A stretch of DNA of 64,000 nt. It comes from Octopus vulgaris (taxonomy: Eukaryota). The notes beneath the pieces were generated by a model, which saw only the letters and a program-made list of their open reading frames with translations, was not told where the DNA came from and ran no database searches. Both the position numbers and the translations under genes were made by a program. Location of the stretch: NCBI GenBank assembly GCA_951406725.2, contig OX597821.1, positions 109,430,001-109,494,000 of the forward strand, written 5' to 3'. Below are positions 1-12,701 of this stretch, one piece after another (positions within the stretch are counted from its first letter, which is position 1; each line of letters begins with the position of its first letter).

Positions 1-229
1 GCGCTGTTTTATCTTGCGGGCAAACGGTGCAGATAAGCTCCTTTATTGAACCGGTATATTCAATATTGAACACGTATGTGACCGGGTCCTACAAATGCAC
101 GTAACAGGGAATCACATGTGATCTTGTATTTCCACTGAAACTACGAACATGATGAGAGCCGGCTCAGTCAACCTCGGCTGAATGCTGCCACAAGTACAAC
201 TAAGAAATATTAAACAAACCAATTCCATA

Positions 230-267
230 CAGTTCGATATTTAAGGGACGAGGAATTATGTACATTA
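230..267 (-). mobile_element. 3' tail fragment of the HHR-bearing element seen at 28008-28176 and 51338-51730
   Basis: Reverse complement matches the tail TAATGTACATAATTCCTCATCTCTTAAACATAGAACTG of those copies, with a few mismatches. Confidence 0.65.
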
Positions 268-362
268 CTCTTCTACTCTTTTACTTGTTTCAGTCCTTTG
301 ACTGCGGCCATGCTAGGATGAAAGGCAAAGCCGACTCCGGTGGAATTTGAACTCAGAACGTG

Positions 363-725
363 TGGAAGCACTCCGTCGGTTACGACGATGAGGGTTCCGG
401 TTGATCCGATCAACGGAACGGCCTGCTCGTGAAATTAACGTGTAAGTGGCTGAGCACTCCACAGACATGTGCACCCTTAACGTAGTTCTCGGGGATATTC
501 AGCGTGACACAGAGAGTGACAAGGCCGGCCCCTTGAAATACAGGTACAACAGAAACAGGAAGTAAGAGTGAGAGAAAGTTGTGGTGAAAGAGTACAGCAG
601 GGATCACCACCATTCGCTGCCGGAGCCTCGTGGAGCTTTTAGGCGTTTTCGCTCAATAAACACTCACAACCGCGATCCTATGACCGCGAGTCCGCTGCCC
701 TAACCACTGGGCCATTGCGCCTCCA
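363..725 (-). mobile_element. tRNA-derived SINE, family C, inserted in a family B fragment
   Basis: A-box TGGCCCAGTGG; near-identical to 39851-40234; 12-bp TSD AACTCAGAACGT at 350-361 and 728-739. Confidence 0.9.
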
Positions 726-1406
726 CAAACTCAGAACGTAGCGACGGGCGAAATACCACTCCTCTCAATAATGCTGTCCTTAGGTCTAAATTAGAAAGCA
801 AATTTCGGCTTTATGGGGACAGACAGGCTGGCAGGGTAAGTAGAGCGTTGAAAAAAGATATCTTGAAGTATTTCTTCAGGCTCTTTACGTTCTAGGTTCA
901 AATCCCGGCAGGGACAATTAAAATAATGGAAAGGGGGATTCGTAACATCGACAAACGCCTCTTGTCAACATTGTTGGCATGTGTCTAAATTAGGAAAAAA
1001 ATATTTCAGTTCCTTGCGTTCTGGGTTCAATTCTAGCCGAGGTCAATTTTACATTTTAATTTTTCAAGGGTCAATAAAATAAAGTACTAAGTTAGAGCGT
1101 CAGAAAGAGTGACTTGAACCATTTATTCCAGTTCTTTGGTAAACTTAATCTCGTATCCGATTTAACCCCCACCATTATCCTATTACAGCCCCAGGCAAGC
1201 CTTGATTAAGCAAACAGGTCCTTGACCAAAACACGTTCAACGTTTGATCATCCTTTCATATATCTTTTTTTCCTTCAAGAACTGTATTATCCATTTCACC
1301 TTTTATCCTTCGTTTTCAAACAGATAGCTGCTATTTCTTGCTGGGTGATCAACCCTGAAGAGTGTACCTCATTAGCTAGTGACCTAGCATCTATACTTAG
1401 TCAACG

Positions 1407-1788
1407 TGGAGGTGCAATGTCCCAGTGGTTAGGGCAGCAGACTTGCGGTTGTAGGATCGCGGTTTCGATTCCCAGACTGGGCGTTGTTAGTATTTATTGA
1501 GCGAAAACACCTAAAGCCCCACGAGGCTCCGGCAGGGAGTGGTGGCGAACCCTGCTGTACTCTTTCACCACAACTTTCTCACACTCTTTCTTCCAGTTTC
1601 TGTTGTACCTGTATTTCAAAAGGGCCAGCCCTGTCACACTCTGTGTCACGCTGAATCTCCCCGAGGACTGCATTAATGATACACGTCGCTGTGGAGTGCG
1701 TGTATCTTGCACGTTCATTCCACGAGCAGGCTGTTCCGTTGATCGGATCAACAGGAACCCTCGTCGTTATCGTAACCGACGGAGTGCT
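1407..1788 (+). mobile_element. tRNA-derived SINE, family C
   Basis: Diverged full-length copy with B-box-like GTTTCGATTCC; homologous to 363-725. Confidence 0.85.
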
Positions 1789-1881
1789 ACGACGACCAAT
1801 TCAACCACAGCTCGGTACTAAACCAACAGACTTAAGATTTCACCTGCGATCATGAGATCATGTGACCTTTTCCTTTCTATC

Positions 1882-2112
1882 TATTTCTTTACTACCCACA
1901 AGGGGCTAAACATAGAAAGGACAAACAAGGACAGACAAACGGATTAAGTCGAATATATCGACTCCAGTGCGTAACTGGTACTTATTTAATCGAACCAGAA
2001 AGGATGAAAGACAAAGTCGACCTCAGCGGAATTTGAACTCAGAACGTAACGGCAGACGAAATACTGCTAAGCATTTCGCCCGGCGTGCTAACGATACTGC
2101 CAGCTCACCGCC
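1882..2112 (-). mobile_element. tRNA-derived SINE, family B (head plus one body unit)
   Basis: Diverged GGCGGCGAGCTGGCAG-type head, GAGTTCAAATTCC B-box, central domain related to GCCTTTCATCCTTTCGGGGTCGATAAATTAAGTACCAG (resembles the Meta/MESC SINE core from memory). Confidence 0.85.
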
Positions 2113-2948
2113 TTCTATCTGTCTTTTTTTTTTAATCAACTGTTCAAATATCTAGTGCAGCTTTATTTAAAACACTTTAGAATGACTAGTTAGAGATTTG
2201 CTTGTTATTTCTAGCATATCTACCGACCAGACTCATAAATTATGCTGTCATTAATGACATATCGTTAATCATGGCTTAAAATATTATTCATTTAATTACA
2301 TTAGCTATTATTTATGGTGCAATTAATTCATTTCATTAATGAGTAGGCACTGCAAGTCCGAGTGGCTAAGAATTTTGTTTTGTAACCACAAGATCCTGAT
2401 TTCGACCCTTCTGCGCGGCATTTTGGGCAAACGGCATTTTCTTTAGCTGCGGATCGACCCATACCTCGCGAGTGAAACTGAGTAGACGGAAACTACAATG
2501 AAGCCCGTCAGGTGGATTGTACTTATAATTCAAAAGGTACAGCCTTGGTACACGTGTCTAAGGAATATTCGGCCATATACACGTTAATGCAATGAACAGG
2601 AAATCCAGTTTATCAAGCAATTGAAACCACGTTGTCGAAATACAGAGACCCACCTCATAGGCAGAATCGTTTGAGCAGTGGTTCTCAACAACCGTTTTTT
2701 AACGTATGGACCCCTCCTTCTCATTACTTTTTAGTCTGGGGTATCCCAACAACTAGCTTAGTAGTATTGTAGCCCAACCCCGGACAAATTGAAGCCTATA
2801 GCATTTTATTGTTGACAGTAAACCACAGCATGCATAAATAAGAATTGGGCCCCTAAAACTGTGAGGTTCCAGGCAACTGCCCAGTGTGCCCATGTCTTCA
2901 CATGGCACAGGTGGGCCCTCATAGCCATTCGATATTTAAAAACTAGAA

Positions 2949-3215
2949 GGTGGCGAGCTGGCAGAAACGTTAGCACATTGGGGCGAAATGCTTAGCGGTA
3001 TTTCGTCTACTTACGTTCTGAGTTCAAATTCCACCAAGGTCGACTTTGCCTTTCATCCTTTCGCGGTCGATAAATTAATTACCAGTTACGCACTGGGGTC
3101 GATGTAATCGACTTAATCCGTTTGTCTGTCCTTGTTTGTCCCTTCTGTGTTTAGTTCTTTGTGGGTAGTAAAGGAATAGGTATTTCGGGCCTTGTGCCTA
3201 GAGTAGAAAAGAATA
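2949..3215 (+). mobile_element. SINE family B, followed by an alternative tail
   Basis: Family B head and body, then TATTTCGGGCCTTGTGCCTAGAGTAGAAAAG. Confidence 0.85.
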
Positions 3216-3342
3216 TTTAAAAACGAGCTTTCAAGATAGTTCTTCTTGAATTCTTGTTTTGTTTTTTACATGTTCACTCGGATAGGTTTGCAATAGAACT
3301 GAGCGAACATGTTTCAGAGACTAGGACGAAAAAGAAACCTAG

Positions 3343-3398
<56 letters not shown>

Positions 3399-3401
<3 letters not shown>

Positions 3402-3795
3402 TTATATATAAAAGTTAAGTTGTGTGTCTGTCTCCTACGATTTAGATTCCTAACTACTCCCACATTTTGCGGCGCAGTGTAACCAAAAGCGGGTATCTTA
3501 TAGTCGTGATTCATATCGAGCCCTTCTGGGTATTAGCGCGCGTCTACAATGAGTCTACGATTTTAAAAATATTTACCATCATTTTTTTCCATTTTGATGC
3601 ATTTTTTCGCTATTATATAAGGGAAGTAACTCTCTAAAAATGTCTACGATGAGTCAATGATTTAAAAAAAAATTTACCATAATTTTTTTTCCATTTTTAA
3701 TGCATTTTTTTGCTATTTTTTGGCTATAACTCTCTAAAAATGCTTATATAGTTATTTCTCTTACAAACCCGAGCAACGCCGGGCGATACTGCTAG
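3399..3795 (+). mobile_element. Non-autonomous Helitron
   Basis: A|TC start, subterminal hairpin CCCGAGCAACGCCGGG (3768-3783), CTAG|T end, no TSD. Confidence 0.85.
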
Positions 3796-3812
3796 TATAT
3801 ATATATATATAA

Positions 3813-3858
<46 letters not shown>

Positions 3859-3883
3859 AGGTTTAGAGATGATGTACAGGTAT

Positions 3884-4026
3884 TATATATTAGAAGAAAT
3901 GAGGTACTCAGAAGATCGGATGGTTTATATTTACAGATATTTATTTGTATATTACATTTTTTATATATATATCATATCACTTAAATTAGCGCTTTCTCCC
4001 ATTCTAGTGGGGTTGTACCTCATTTC

Positions 4027-4038
<12 letters not shown>
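3884..4038. repeat. Short element with 24-bp terminal inverted repeats in (TA)n
   Basis: TATATATTAGAAGAAATGAGGTAC (3884-3907) is the reverse complement of 4015-4038. Confidence 0.7.
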
Positions 4039-4069
<31 letters not shown>

Positions 4070-4089
4070 ATTATTATTGTTTATATAGA

Positions 4090-4120
<31 letters not shown>

Positions 4121-4896
4121 CTTTGTGTCCGAATTTGTCTCTCGCTTGAAAACCGGTGCTGGTGTGTTTATGCCCCTGTAACTTAGCAGTTCGACATAGA
4201 GAACGAAAGAACAAGTACCAAACATAAAATGAAAACAAGAAAAAAACAAAGAAATACTGGGGCCGAGTCATTCGACTAAAAATTCCTCAAGGCAGTACCC
4301 CAGCATGGCCGCACTCTAATAACTGAGACAAATATAAAAAAAATACAAGAGATAAAACAATGTAACTTTGAAGAATATTTAACTGTTATTTCTAGCAGGC
4401 TGAGTGACCACTGAGGAGAGTCCATCGTGTCATAATGGTTTTACATTCGGTGCACAGCTGTGAACAACTAACTGACCCTTCTTCGTATCTGCCCTCCACG
4501 ACCGTCACACTTGAATTACATTTTGATAATAGTAACAAAAAAATAACATTGACTCTGCTATCTGACCTCCAAACAGATTAGCAGTCACTAATCCCTGCTT
4601 CTATCTTCCTCTCTCTCTCTCTCTTTCTCTCTAACGCCATCTGTTTGCCTGTCTTTGTCCATCGCAAGCCATTTTTCATTCAACAAAGATTATTTCCTCT
4701 AACTCGCCTTCATTTTAGTTTAAGTTAATTGTATGTAAATATTTTCAAATTTCAAGTAGCGACCAACGGATGTTTCGTAGGAACACATCGCATTTCATGT
4801 TGGCGTCAGCCTTTAGCGTAAGAAGAAACCGTGTCTATTATTTTATATTTCAGGTGGCGAGCTGGCAGAATTCGTGAAGCGTTCCATATTTTTTAA

Positions 4897-5298
4897 GGCG
4901 GCGAGCTGGCAGAAACGTTAGCACACCGGGCGAAATGCTTAGCGGTATTTTGTCTGCGTTACGTTGTGAGTTCAAATTCCGCCGAGGTCGACTTTGCCTT
5001 TCATCCTTTCGGGGTCGATAAATTAAGTACCAGTTACGCACTGGGGTCGATGTAATCGACTTAATACCTATGTCTGTCCTTGTTTGTTCCCTCTATATTT
5101 AGCCCCTTGTGGGTAATAAAGAAATAGGTATTTCGTCTGTCGTTACGTTCTGAGTTCAAATTCCGCCGAGGACGACTTTGCCTTTCATCCTCTCGGGGTC
5201 GATAAATAAAGTACCAGTTTCGCACTGGGTCGATGTAATCGACTTAATCCCTTTGTTTGTCCCCTCTATGTTTAGCCCCTTGTGAGTAGTAAAGAAAT
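4897..5298 (+). mobile_element. SINE family B with two tandem body units
   Basis: One head; the body repeats after the junction AAAGAAATAG|GTATTTCGTCTG near 5128. Confidence 0.9.
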
Positions 5299-5467
5299 AT
5301 ATTTCAGAGGCGCAAGCATGGCTGTGTGATTAAGGAGACAGCTTTGCAACAATTTCGTCTCCAGTTCAACTTCACTCCATCGCACTTTCTACAATAACAC
5401 TGAGCCAACCGATGCCTTGCTAGTGAGTTTGGTAGACGAAAATTGTTTGGAGGCCAGTTCTAAACAC

Positions 5468-5544
<77 letters not shown>

Positions 5545-5545
<1 letters not shown>

Positions 5546-5822
5546 TCTTTTACTTGTTTCAGTCATTTGACTGCAGCCATGCTGGAACACCTCCTTTAGT
5601 CGAACATATCGACCCCAGGACTTATTCTTTGCAAGCCTAGTACTTATTCTATCGGGGTCTTTTGCCGAACCGCAAGGCCCCCCGAAACTTAGCAGTTCCG
5701 CAAAAGTAACCAATAGAATAAGTACTAGGCTTACAAAGAATAAGTTCTGGGGTCGATATGTTCGACTGAAGGCGCTGCTCCAGCATGGCTGCCGTCAGAT
5801 GTCTGAAACAAATGAAAGAATA
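5545..5822. repeat. Two SINE family A 3' halves in immediate inverted orientation
   Basis: About 130-bp arms separated by about 10 nt. Confidence 0.85.
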
Positions 5823-5860
5823 AATCTATCTATCTATCTATCTATCTATCTATGTATATA

Positions 5861-5891
<31 letters not shown>

Positions 5892-5892
5892 C

Positions 5893-6312
5893 AAGTAAAA
5901 AGTTAAAGAGTCAAAAGGAAGAATAAGTACGGTTAGGCAACTCTTTAATCACTACAAATGTTTCCATACATACAGGTCCTCGTATATATAAAATACCGCT
6001 AAGCATTTCGCCCAGCGCGCTAACGCTTCTGCCAGCTCGCCGCCGTATATACTGGATTTAAAGTTTATATTAAATTATTTAACGATTTACCTGTATAAGA
6101 TCTATATGTGTCTCCTCAGACGATACTCGGTTGCTGTCTCCGTAAGCAAAATTTAGATTTCCATGCCACAACATCCATGGCTTCTTCTTTGAATATAAAC
6201 TTTAAATCCTGTATTTACGAGGATCTGTATGTATCGAAACATTTGTAGCGATTAAAAAGCTGCCTAAACGTACCTGGTCCTCTTTTTGTCTCTTTTACTT
6301 TTTACTTTTTAC
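5893..6312. mobile_element. Fold-back PLE-type pseudo-LTR remnant
   Basis: About 5893-6070 (minus the SINE insert) is inverted relative to about 6192-6312; flanked by (TG)n and (CA)n; contains an HHR. Confidence 0.65.
5948..6124 (-). ncRNA. Type I hammerhead ribozyme, long stem II, interrupted by a SINE B head (5991-6044)
   Basis: ATCGT-CTGAGGA-GACACATATAGATCTT...AGGACCTGTATGTATG-GAAAC-ATTT-GTA-GTGAT. Confidence 0.65.
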
Positions 6313-6732
6313 CTTCACACACGAGGAATACCTAAGCCTTAGAATTGGTAGCATACCATAAGAATACTACCGGCTGTTTGGGAATTCTATGGGGGAACAT
6401 TTGTACTCTTATACGTTCTTAACAGAACACACCTCAATTATGTATGTGTGTGTGTTCTTGTTGGTGTGTGCTTTTTGTTATAGGTACAAAGGCCTGAAAT
6501 TTGGTGGGAGGGATCTGGTCGACAATAGCGACCCGGGTACTTGACTATTACCTATATCATCGACTCCGAAAGGATAAATAGTGAAGCTGACCTTGGCGAA
6601 ATCTGAACTCTGTGTGTGTGGACAATCGAAATACTGTTAAGCATTTTGTCGCACGTGCTAACGGTTCAGCCGGTTCGCAACTCTTATACATAAATATGAG
6701 AGTGAGTATGTGGTGGGGGGATAGCTGTGTGG

Positions 6733-6793
<61 letters not shown>

Positions 6794-7262
6794 CTTGTAT
6801 GTGTGAATTACTTCATTGTGCTCTTAGTACATTTTGCACAGATGTGACAGTGATGGGCACCACATACAGCAGGTGTTCAGAAACCAAACCATCCAGCCTA
6901 AACATGCCTTTAGTCCGTCATGGAATTTTTCTTTGAGTGTTTTGCATTTATAAGCTACTTCCTGTACCAGTAGATTCTCTTCAAATGACGCTTCATTGCC
7001 CCACCCCCACCCCGCGAAAGAACTAGACTACATTAGTTTGGAATACAAACGCAAATACATACATACACACGTACGTACATACATACATACATGCATACAT
7101 ACATACATACATACATACATACATACATACGTACATACATACATACATACATACATACATACATACATACATACATACATACATACATACATACATACAT
7201 ACATACGTACGATTGTTGGCGATTTTTCCTTATTTCACCTTCTTTATCTTTGGGCTTTTCTC

Positions 7263-7294
7263 TTTCCGACGAAGATCTATGCTCGAAACGTTAA
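7263..7294 (+). ncRNA. Minimal hammerhead motif, U4C core, degenerate
   Basis: TTT-CCGACGA-A-GATC-TAT-GCTC-GAAA-CG-TT-AA; same family as 48624 and 52003. Confidence 0.55.
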
Positions 7295-7471
7295 CAACTC
7301 TCTCCTTTTACCGAGCGTCAAATTAATATATTACATGTGCACGACTTCACGTTCGTATTTTTTCTTATTTTCTCTGTTTTATTTTTATTGTTTGTCTTTT
7401 CAATTGAATATATATGTGTTCACACACACACACTTATATAGATAGATAAATAAATACATATATACATACGT

Positions 7472-7520
<49 letters not shown>

Positions 7521-7925
7521 GGCGCAGGAGTGGCTGTGTGGTAAGTAGCTTGCTAGCCAACCACATGGTTCCGGGTTCAGTCCCACTGCGTGCCATCTTG
7601 GGCAAGTGTCTTCTGCTATAGCCTCGGGCCGACCAAAGCCTTGTGAGTGGATTTGGTAGACGGAAACTGAAAGAAGCCTGTCGTATATATGTATATATGT
7701 GTATGTGTGTGTATATGTTTGTGTGTCTGTGTTTGTCCCTCTAGCATTGCTTGACAAACGATGCTGGTGTGTTTACGTCCCCGTCACTTAGCGGTTCGGC
7801 AAAAGAGACCGATAGAATAAGTACTGGGCTTACAAAGAATAAGTCCCATGGTCGATTTGCTCGACTAAAGGCGGTGCCCCAGCATGGCCGCAGTCAAATG
7901 ATTGAAACAAGTAAAAGAGTAAAGA

Positions 7926-7926
<1 letters not shown>
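7521..7926 (+). mobile_element. tRNA-derived SINE, family A, full length
   Basis: A-box TGGCTGTGTGG, B-box GGTTCAGTCCC, CORE-like CTTGGGCAAG, internal (TA)/(TG) tract, (GTAAAAGA)n tail; more than 15 copies or fragments in the window. Confidence 0.92.
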
Positions 7927-7980
<54 letters not shown>

Positions 7981-8485
7981 AATACACACACGCATATATA
8001 TATATATATATTCATATATAAGACTATGTTTCTTTATGTTCTAGCTACAGTGGAGACACGTGTGCAATAAAAACCGACACTTGACAACACACAAGTGCCA
8101 TAATATTGTCAATATATATAATAAAGTGATGTGCCAATGTGTTGGCTCTGATTATAGGGTCTGGAATGCAAACAACCCTACAGGCAATAATAACATCTAT
8201 GTTCGCACACATACACACACACACATATAAGCACCTATAACAATATATGCTTCAGATATAGTGAGGGATTACCAATTCGGGCAAAATACTTCATAAGCTC
8301 TCTGGTGAACTTAGATTAGTGAAGAACTACAAGTAATCTCTTGGTAGGTACAAAGTTATGGGTCATCACAATTCTATATTGTAAGTCCATGGATGGGCTT
8401 CAAATAAGTTCGTTTTTACAGGGATTTTTTGAGGGACAAGTTAAAATAATTGTCATTTCAAATAATTCCTTTCTTATAGCAAACT

Positions 8486-8605
8486 TGGCTTACAGCTGTT
8501 TCCGGTAGTCATTTATCGATAGGTTTACTCAATTAATTGGTTTACTGATCGATCAACTGAGGTAAATTGAAAGACCTCAGAGAATTAATATCTTCTTCGG
8601 AGCCA
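8486..8605 (-). ncRNA. Type I hammerhead, U4C core, long degenerate stem II
   Basis: TGGCT-CCGAAGA...GAAAC-AGCT-GTA-AGCCA: 5-bp stem I and palindromic stem III. Confidence 0.6.
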
Positions 8606-8838
8606 TTGCTGGAAATAGCAAGCATGGTATTTGAAGAATGACCATTATTTTAACTATATTTTGAATACACACCACACACACACACATACACACACACACA
8701 GACGGAGATATATATATCCAGATAGACATGAATATTTATGCTCATATATGTATGCGTTGGAGAGGGATTGAGTAGGTATGCAAGAATAATCGTTCATGTG
8801 ATGTGTTTTGACAAAGCAAAAAAAAATAAAATAAAAAT

Positions 8839-8876
<38 letters not shown>

Positions 8877-8974
8877 GCCCTTCCAGTTCCATCGAAGAAA
8901 ATAAGTCACAGGTTGTGTTCAAGTGCAAAATTATTACGTTGGTGCCCAGAGAAACGGAAAGAGCTAATTGTTAT

Positions 8975-9001
8975 GACGTTTCGGGCGTTCTCCTTCTTCA
9001 G
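8975..9001 (-). ncRNA. Minimal hammerhead core
   Basis: CTGAAGA-A-GG-AGAACGC-CC-GAAA-CG-TC; stem I is poor. Confidence 0.4.
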
Positions 9002-9084
9002 AAGACTGCATGCAGGTGGTTGTGTAGTCACACGTTTACTGACTAACGACATCGCTCTGGGTACAGAGTTACTACGTGACCTCA

Positions 9085-9222
9085 TGGACTATAGCCTCGG
9101 GTTGACGTGTCATCTACTATAGCCTCGGGTTGACGAAAGTCCGCTGAGTGGATTTGGTAGACGAAAACTAAAAGGAGCCCATAGTAAACACACACATGTA
9201 AATTTGTGTGTGTGCGTTTGTT

Positions 9223-9278
<56 letters not shown>

Positions 9279-9495
9279 TTTGTTTCTGTGTTTCTTCCCA
9301 CCACCGCTTGACAACCGTTGCTGGTGTGTTTACGTCTTCGTAACTTTGCGGTTCGGCAAAAGTCACCGATACAATAAGTAAGAGGCTTAAAACGAAAATA
9401 TACAGTAAGATCGATTAGTTCGATTAAAATTCCTCAAAGCGGTGCCGCAGCATGGCTGTTGTCTAATGACTGAAGCAAGTAAAAGATAAAAGAAT
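9085..9495 (+). mobile_element. SINE family A, 5'-truncated and diverged
   Basis: Homology to 7521-7926. Confidence 0.75.
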
Positions 9496-9498
9496 GTA

Positions 9499-9546
<48 letters not shown>

Positions 9547-9551
<5 letters not shown>

Positions 9552-9764
9552 GAATGCTGGAAAAGTTCCTGGCTTTAAGGGTGTCATGAAAGGCCTGGTT
9601 GGAGGCCAAAGCTACCGAGTTCTTTTGCCCGGCTTAGAAAAACTGAAGGACGATTACAATAAGTGTGTGAGTCTGAGAGGGGAATATGTTGAATAAAATC
9701 ATAATTAACTGATCCTTCTGTATTTTCTTTTACCCAAAGCCAGGAACTTTTCCGCACCCCCTCG
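9547..9764 (+). mobile_element. Mariner-derived MITE
   Basis: TA flanks, imperfect ~28-bp TIRs, internal GLEKLKDDYNKCVSLRGEYVE* matching a mariner transposase C-terminus. Confidence 0.85.
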
Positions 9765-9981
9765 TATGTATGTGTTTTTTTTATGTAAGGGTGTGTGTAT
9801 GTGTGTTTTTTATCAAATAGCAGCGAACTTTTTGATGACACAAAAACTTAATAAAATTCTTCAAGGATTACTGTAGTTCGCCTTTTGTTTAGCGTGACTA
9901 TATATGACATGTACTGCTACATTTTGCTTATATTTGAAGGGAGAAAAATTATAAATCGGCTTCCGAATGTTTTAAACGGGT

Positions 9982-10059
<78 letters not shown>

Positions 10060-10094
10060 TATTATTATCATCATCATCATCATCATCATCATCA

Positions 10095-10622
10095 AAGTGA
10101 CACTGGGGTAAAATATACGAAGCCCAGTATACCCATCCTGACTACACGTTTCATAAGGGTGCACTAGGAACATGCATCACAAAAATATGTAGATAACATG
10201 GTGATCTCATATCAAGATAAACAGCACATGGCCATGCAGTTGGGGGCTCAGTTAGAATTTTCTTCTGTTCGAGTAACCCATCCCGCTCAAAAGGTCCCTG
10301 AATAAGGGTTGTTTAAGGATGTTGAAAGAACCACCCATGTTTCCAGAGGTGAGCTATTCAAACCCCAAAGAATCCCTCTCAACACATGGCTATGATGCTC
10401 CCCCACTACTTCTGTTTCCAGAGATGCACGTATTGTCAGCCACTAAGGGACATGGTCAACTGGTTAAGGTCAAACAACTGACAAGCAAATCTGTGGTATT
10501 GAGCAGAATATTTTTTCTGTAGCCCATCTTTTATACCAAGACAAAACAATGTACATGATAACACTCCCAATCAGTTAAGATCAGAAGCTATGAGAGCCAC
10601 CGCCTGGTACTTCATCAGGGCA
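10095..10622 (-). mobile_element. Non-coding repeat embedded in (TAA)n, probable non-autonomous R4/Dong-type element
   Basis: Second copy at 37133-37467; both lie inside (ATT)n arrays; classification and strand are inference. Confidence 0.55.
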
Positions 10623-10641
10623 TTTATTATTATTATTATTA

Positions 10642-10672
<31 letters not shown>

Positions 10673-10681
10673 AATTATTAC

Positions 10682-10744
<63 letters not shown>

Positions 10745-10768
10745 CATTACTACTACTACTACTACTAT

Positions 10769-10838
<70 letters not shown>

Positions 10839-10843
10839 GCTAC

Positions 10844-10898
<55 letters not shown>

Positions 10899-10904
10899 TA
10901 TTAT

Positions 10905-11294
10905 TATTTTTATAGCGAGTTTTCACTTCACTACCGAGCGCAGCTCTGTGTGCCTTGGGTATGTGCTGTGATTTGTTGTGATGCTCTGATGGTTATTGTA
11001 TGGAAAGTGTTCTGCGTAGGATGTGTGCAGTGCCTAGTAGTGCAATTTTCTGTATGTTATATGTGTTTGTAAGTCCTGGTGTTTTTGTTATGTATTTGTC
11101 TGAATATTTTTTATCATGCCTAATGCACCTACTATGATAGGAATTGTTTCTGTTTTCAGATTCCACATTCTAGTTACCTCTATTTCCAGGTCTTTGTATT
11201 TTGAAAGTTTCTCCATTTCTTTTAGAGACACGTTGTCAGCTGCCGGTATTGATACATCAATTAGAAAGCATTTTTTTCTTCATGATCTCTGACA

Positions 11295-11296
<2 letters not shown>
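10905..11296 (-). pseudogene. 3' end of an R4/Dong non-LTR element (restriction-like endonuclease)
   Basis: Translates to CFLIDVSIPAADNVSLKEMEKLSKYKDLEIEVTRMWNLKTETIPIIVGALG...IQKIALLGTAHILRRTLSIQ* (stop at 10993); sits in (TAA)n, the known Dong target. Confidence 0.85.
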
Positions 11297-11349
<53 letters not shown>

Positions 11350-11625
11350 CTTCAAATATTTTTGGAGAAAGTGCATTTTATTTGCATTTCAGGACAAAAA
11401 GTTTGATAGTGACTTTGAAGTTTGGGCATACTCGTAGATTTCACTTGGGTCTTTTTTTTGCCTTGTAGACAAACATGTGTACGTATGTATAGTATGTGTG
11501 TACGTGTGTGTATGTGTGTGTGTGTCAGTGTGTTTTTGTGTCATTGTGTATACAAGAACATTTAGTTCTTTCACCTCATATTTTCGTATTTATATTTTTT
11601 CCCTGTTCATGATTCTTTTTTTCTT

Positions 11626-11661
11626 TTTTCTGATGAAGGTTAAGAGACCGAAATATCAAGA
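11626..11661 (+). ncRNA. Minimal hammerhead motif
   Basis: TTT-CTGATGA-A-GGT-TAAGAG-ACC-GAAA-TA-TC-AAG. Confidence 0.55.
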
Positions 11662-11768
11662 CGCTTTCTATTCCTAACAGCATATTTTAAAAATTATCCC
11701 TCTGTTATTCTCCCCTGTCTTTTACTCATTGCTTAATATATATATACATATATATATATGTATGTATG

Positions 11769-11901
<133 letters not shown>

Positions 11902-12199
11902 ATATATATATGTATGTGTATATGTATATATATATATGTATATATATATATGTATATATATATATACACACATCCATGTATGCATAAGTAAACTGCACCA
12001 AGGGAACTCAAATGTAATGTAAGAGACATAATGTGTGTTATATATCTTACGATGATGGGAGAGAGGAAATTGCGCGTGACCATCCTGAAGACTGGTAGGC
12101 TAAAGATACGTTCGTATGTAATTTGGTTGTTAAGTTTGTGTCTGTGCCTGTTTATATGTGTGTGTAAATATATTCATACTCACATATACAGAGGCACCT

Positions 12200-12230
<31 letters not shown>

Positions 12231-12338
12231 GAATATACATATACAGCCGCGCACACATTTATGTATCTGTATTTTGTATGTAAAGGATATTTTGTATTAG
12301 ACAGGTTACATTAATTAGAAATTTGTTCGTATGTATAT

Positions 12339-12369
<31 letters not shown>

Positions 12370-12382
12370 CATACATACATAC

Positions 12383-12483
<101 letters not shown>

Positions 12484-12643
12484 CGATATATATGTGTGTC
12501 TATGTATGTATTTATAATATGTATACATGTATGTATGTATGTATGTATGTATGTATGTATGTATGTATGTATGTATACAAGTATGTATATTCCAATTAAG
12601 ACACACGTGCTAGGAGTAATGCATTTCGATATATCTAGTCTGA

Positions 12644-12701
<58 letters not shown>

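Noticed and set aside
148-186. HHR-like ATGATGA-GAGCCG...CGGCT-GAAT
   Set aside because: Core is mutated at both ends and there is no convincing stem I or stem III
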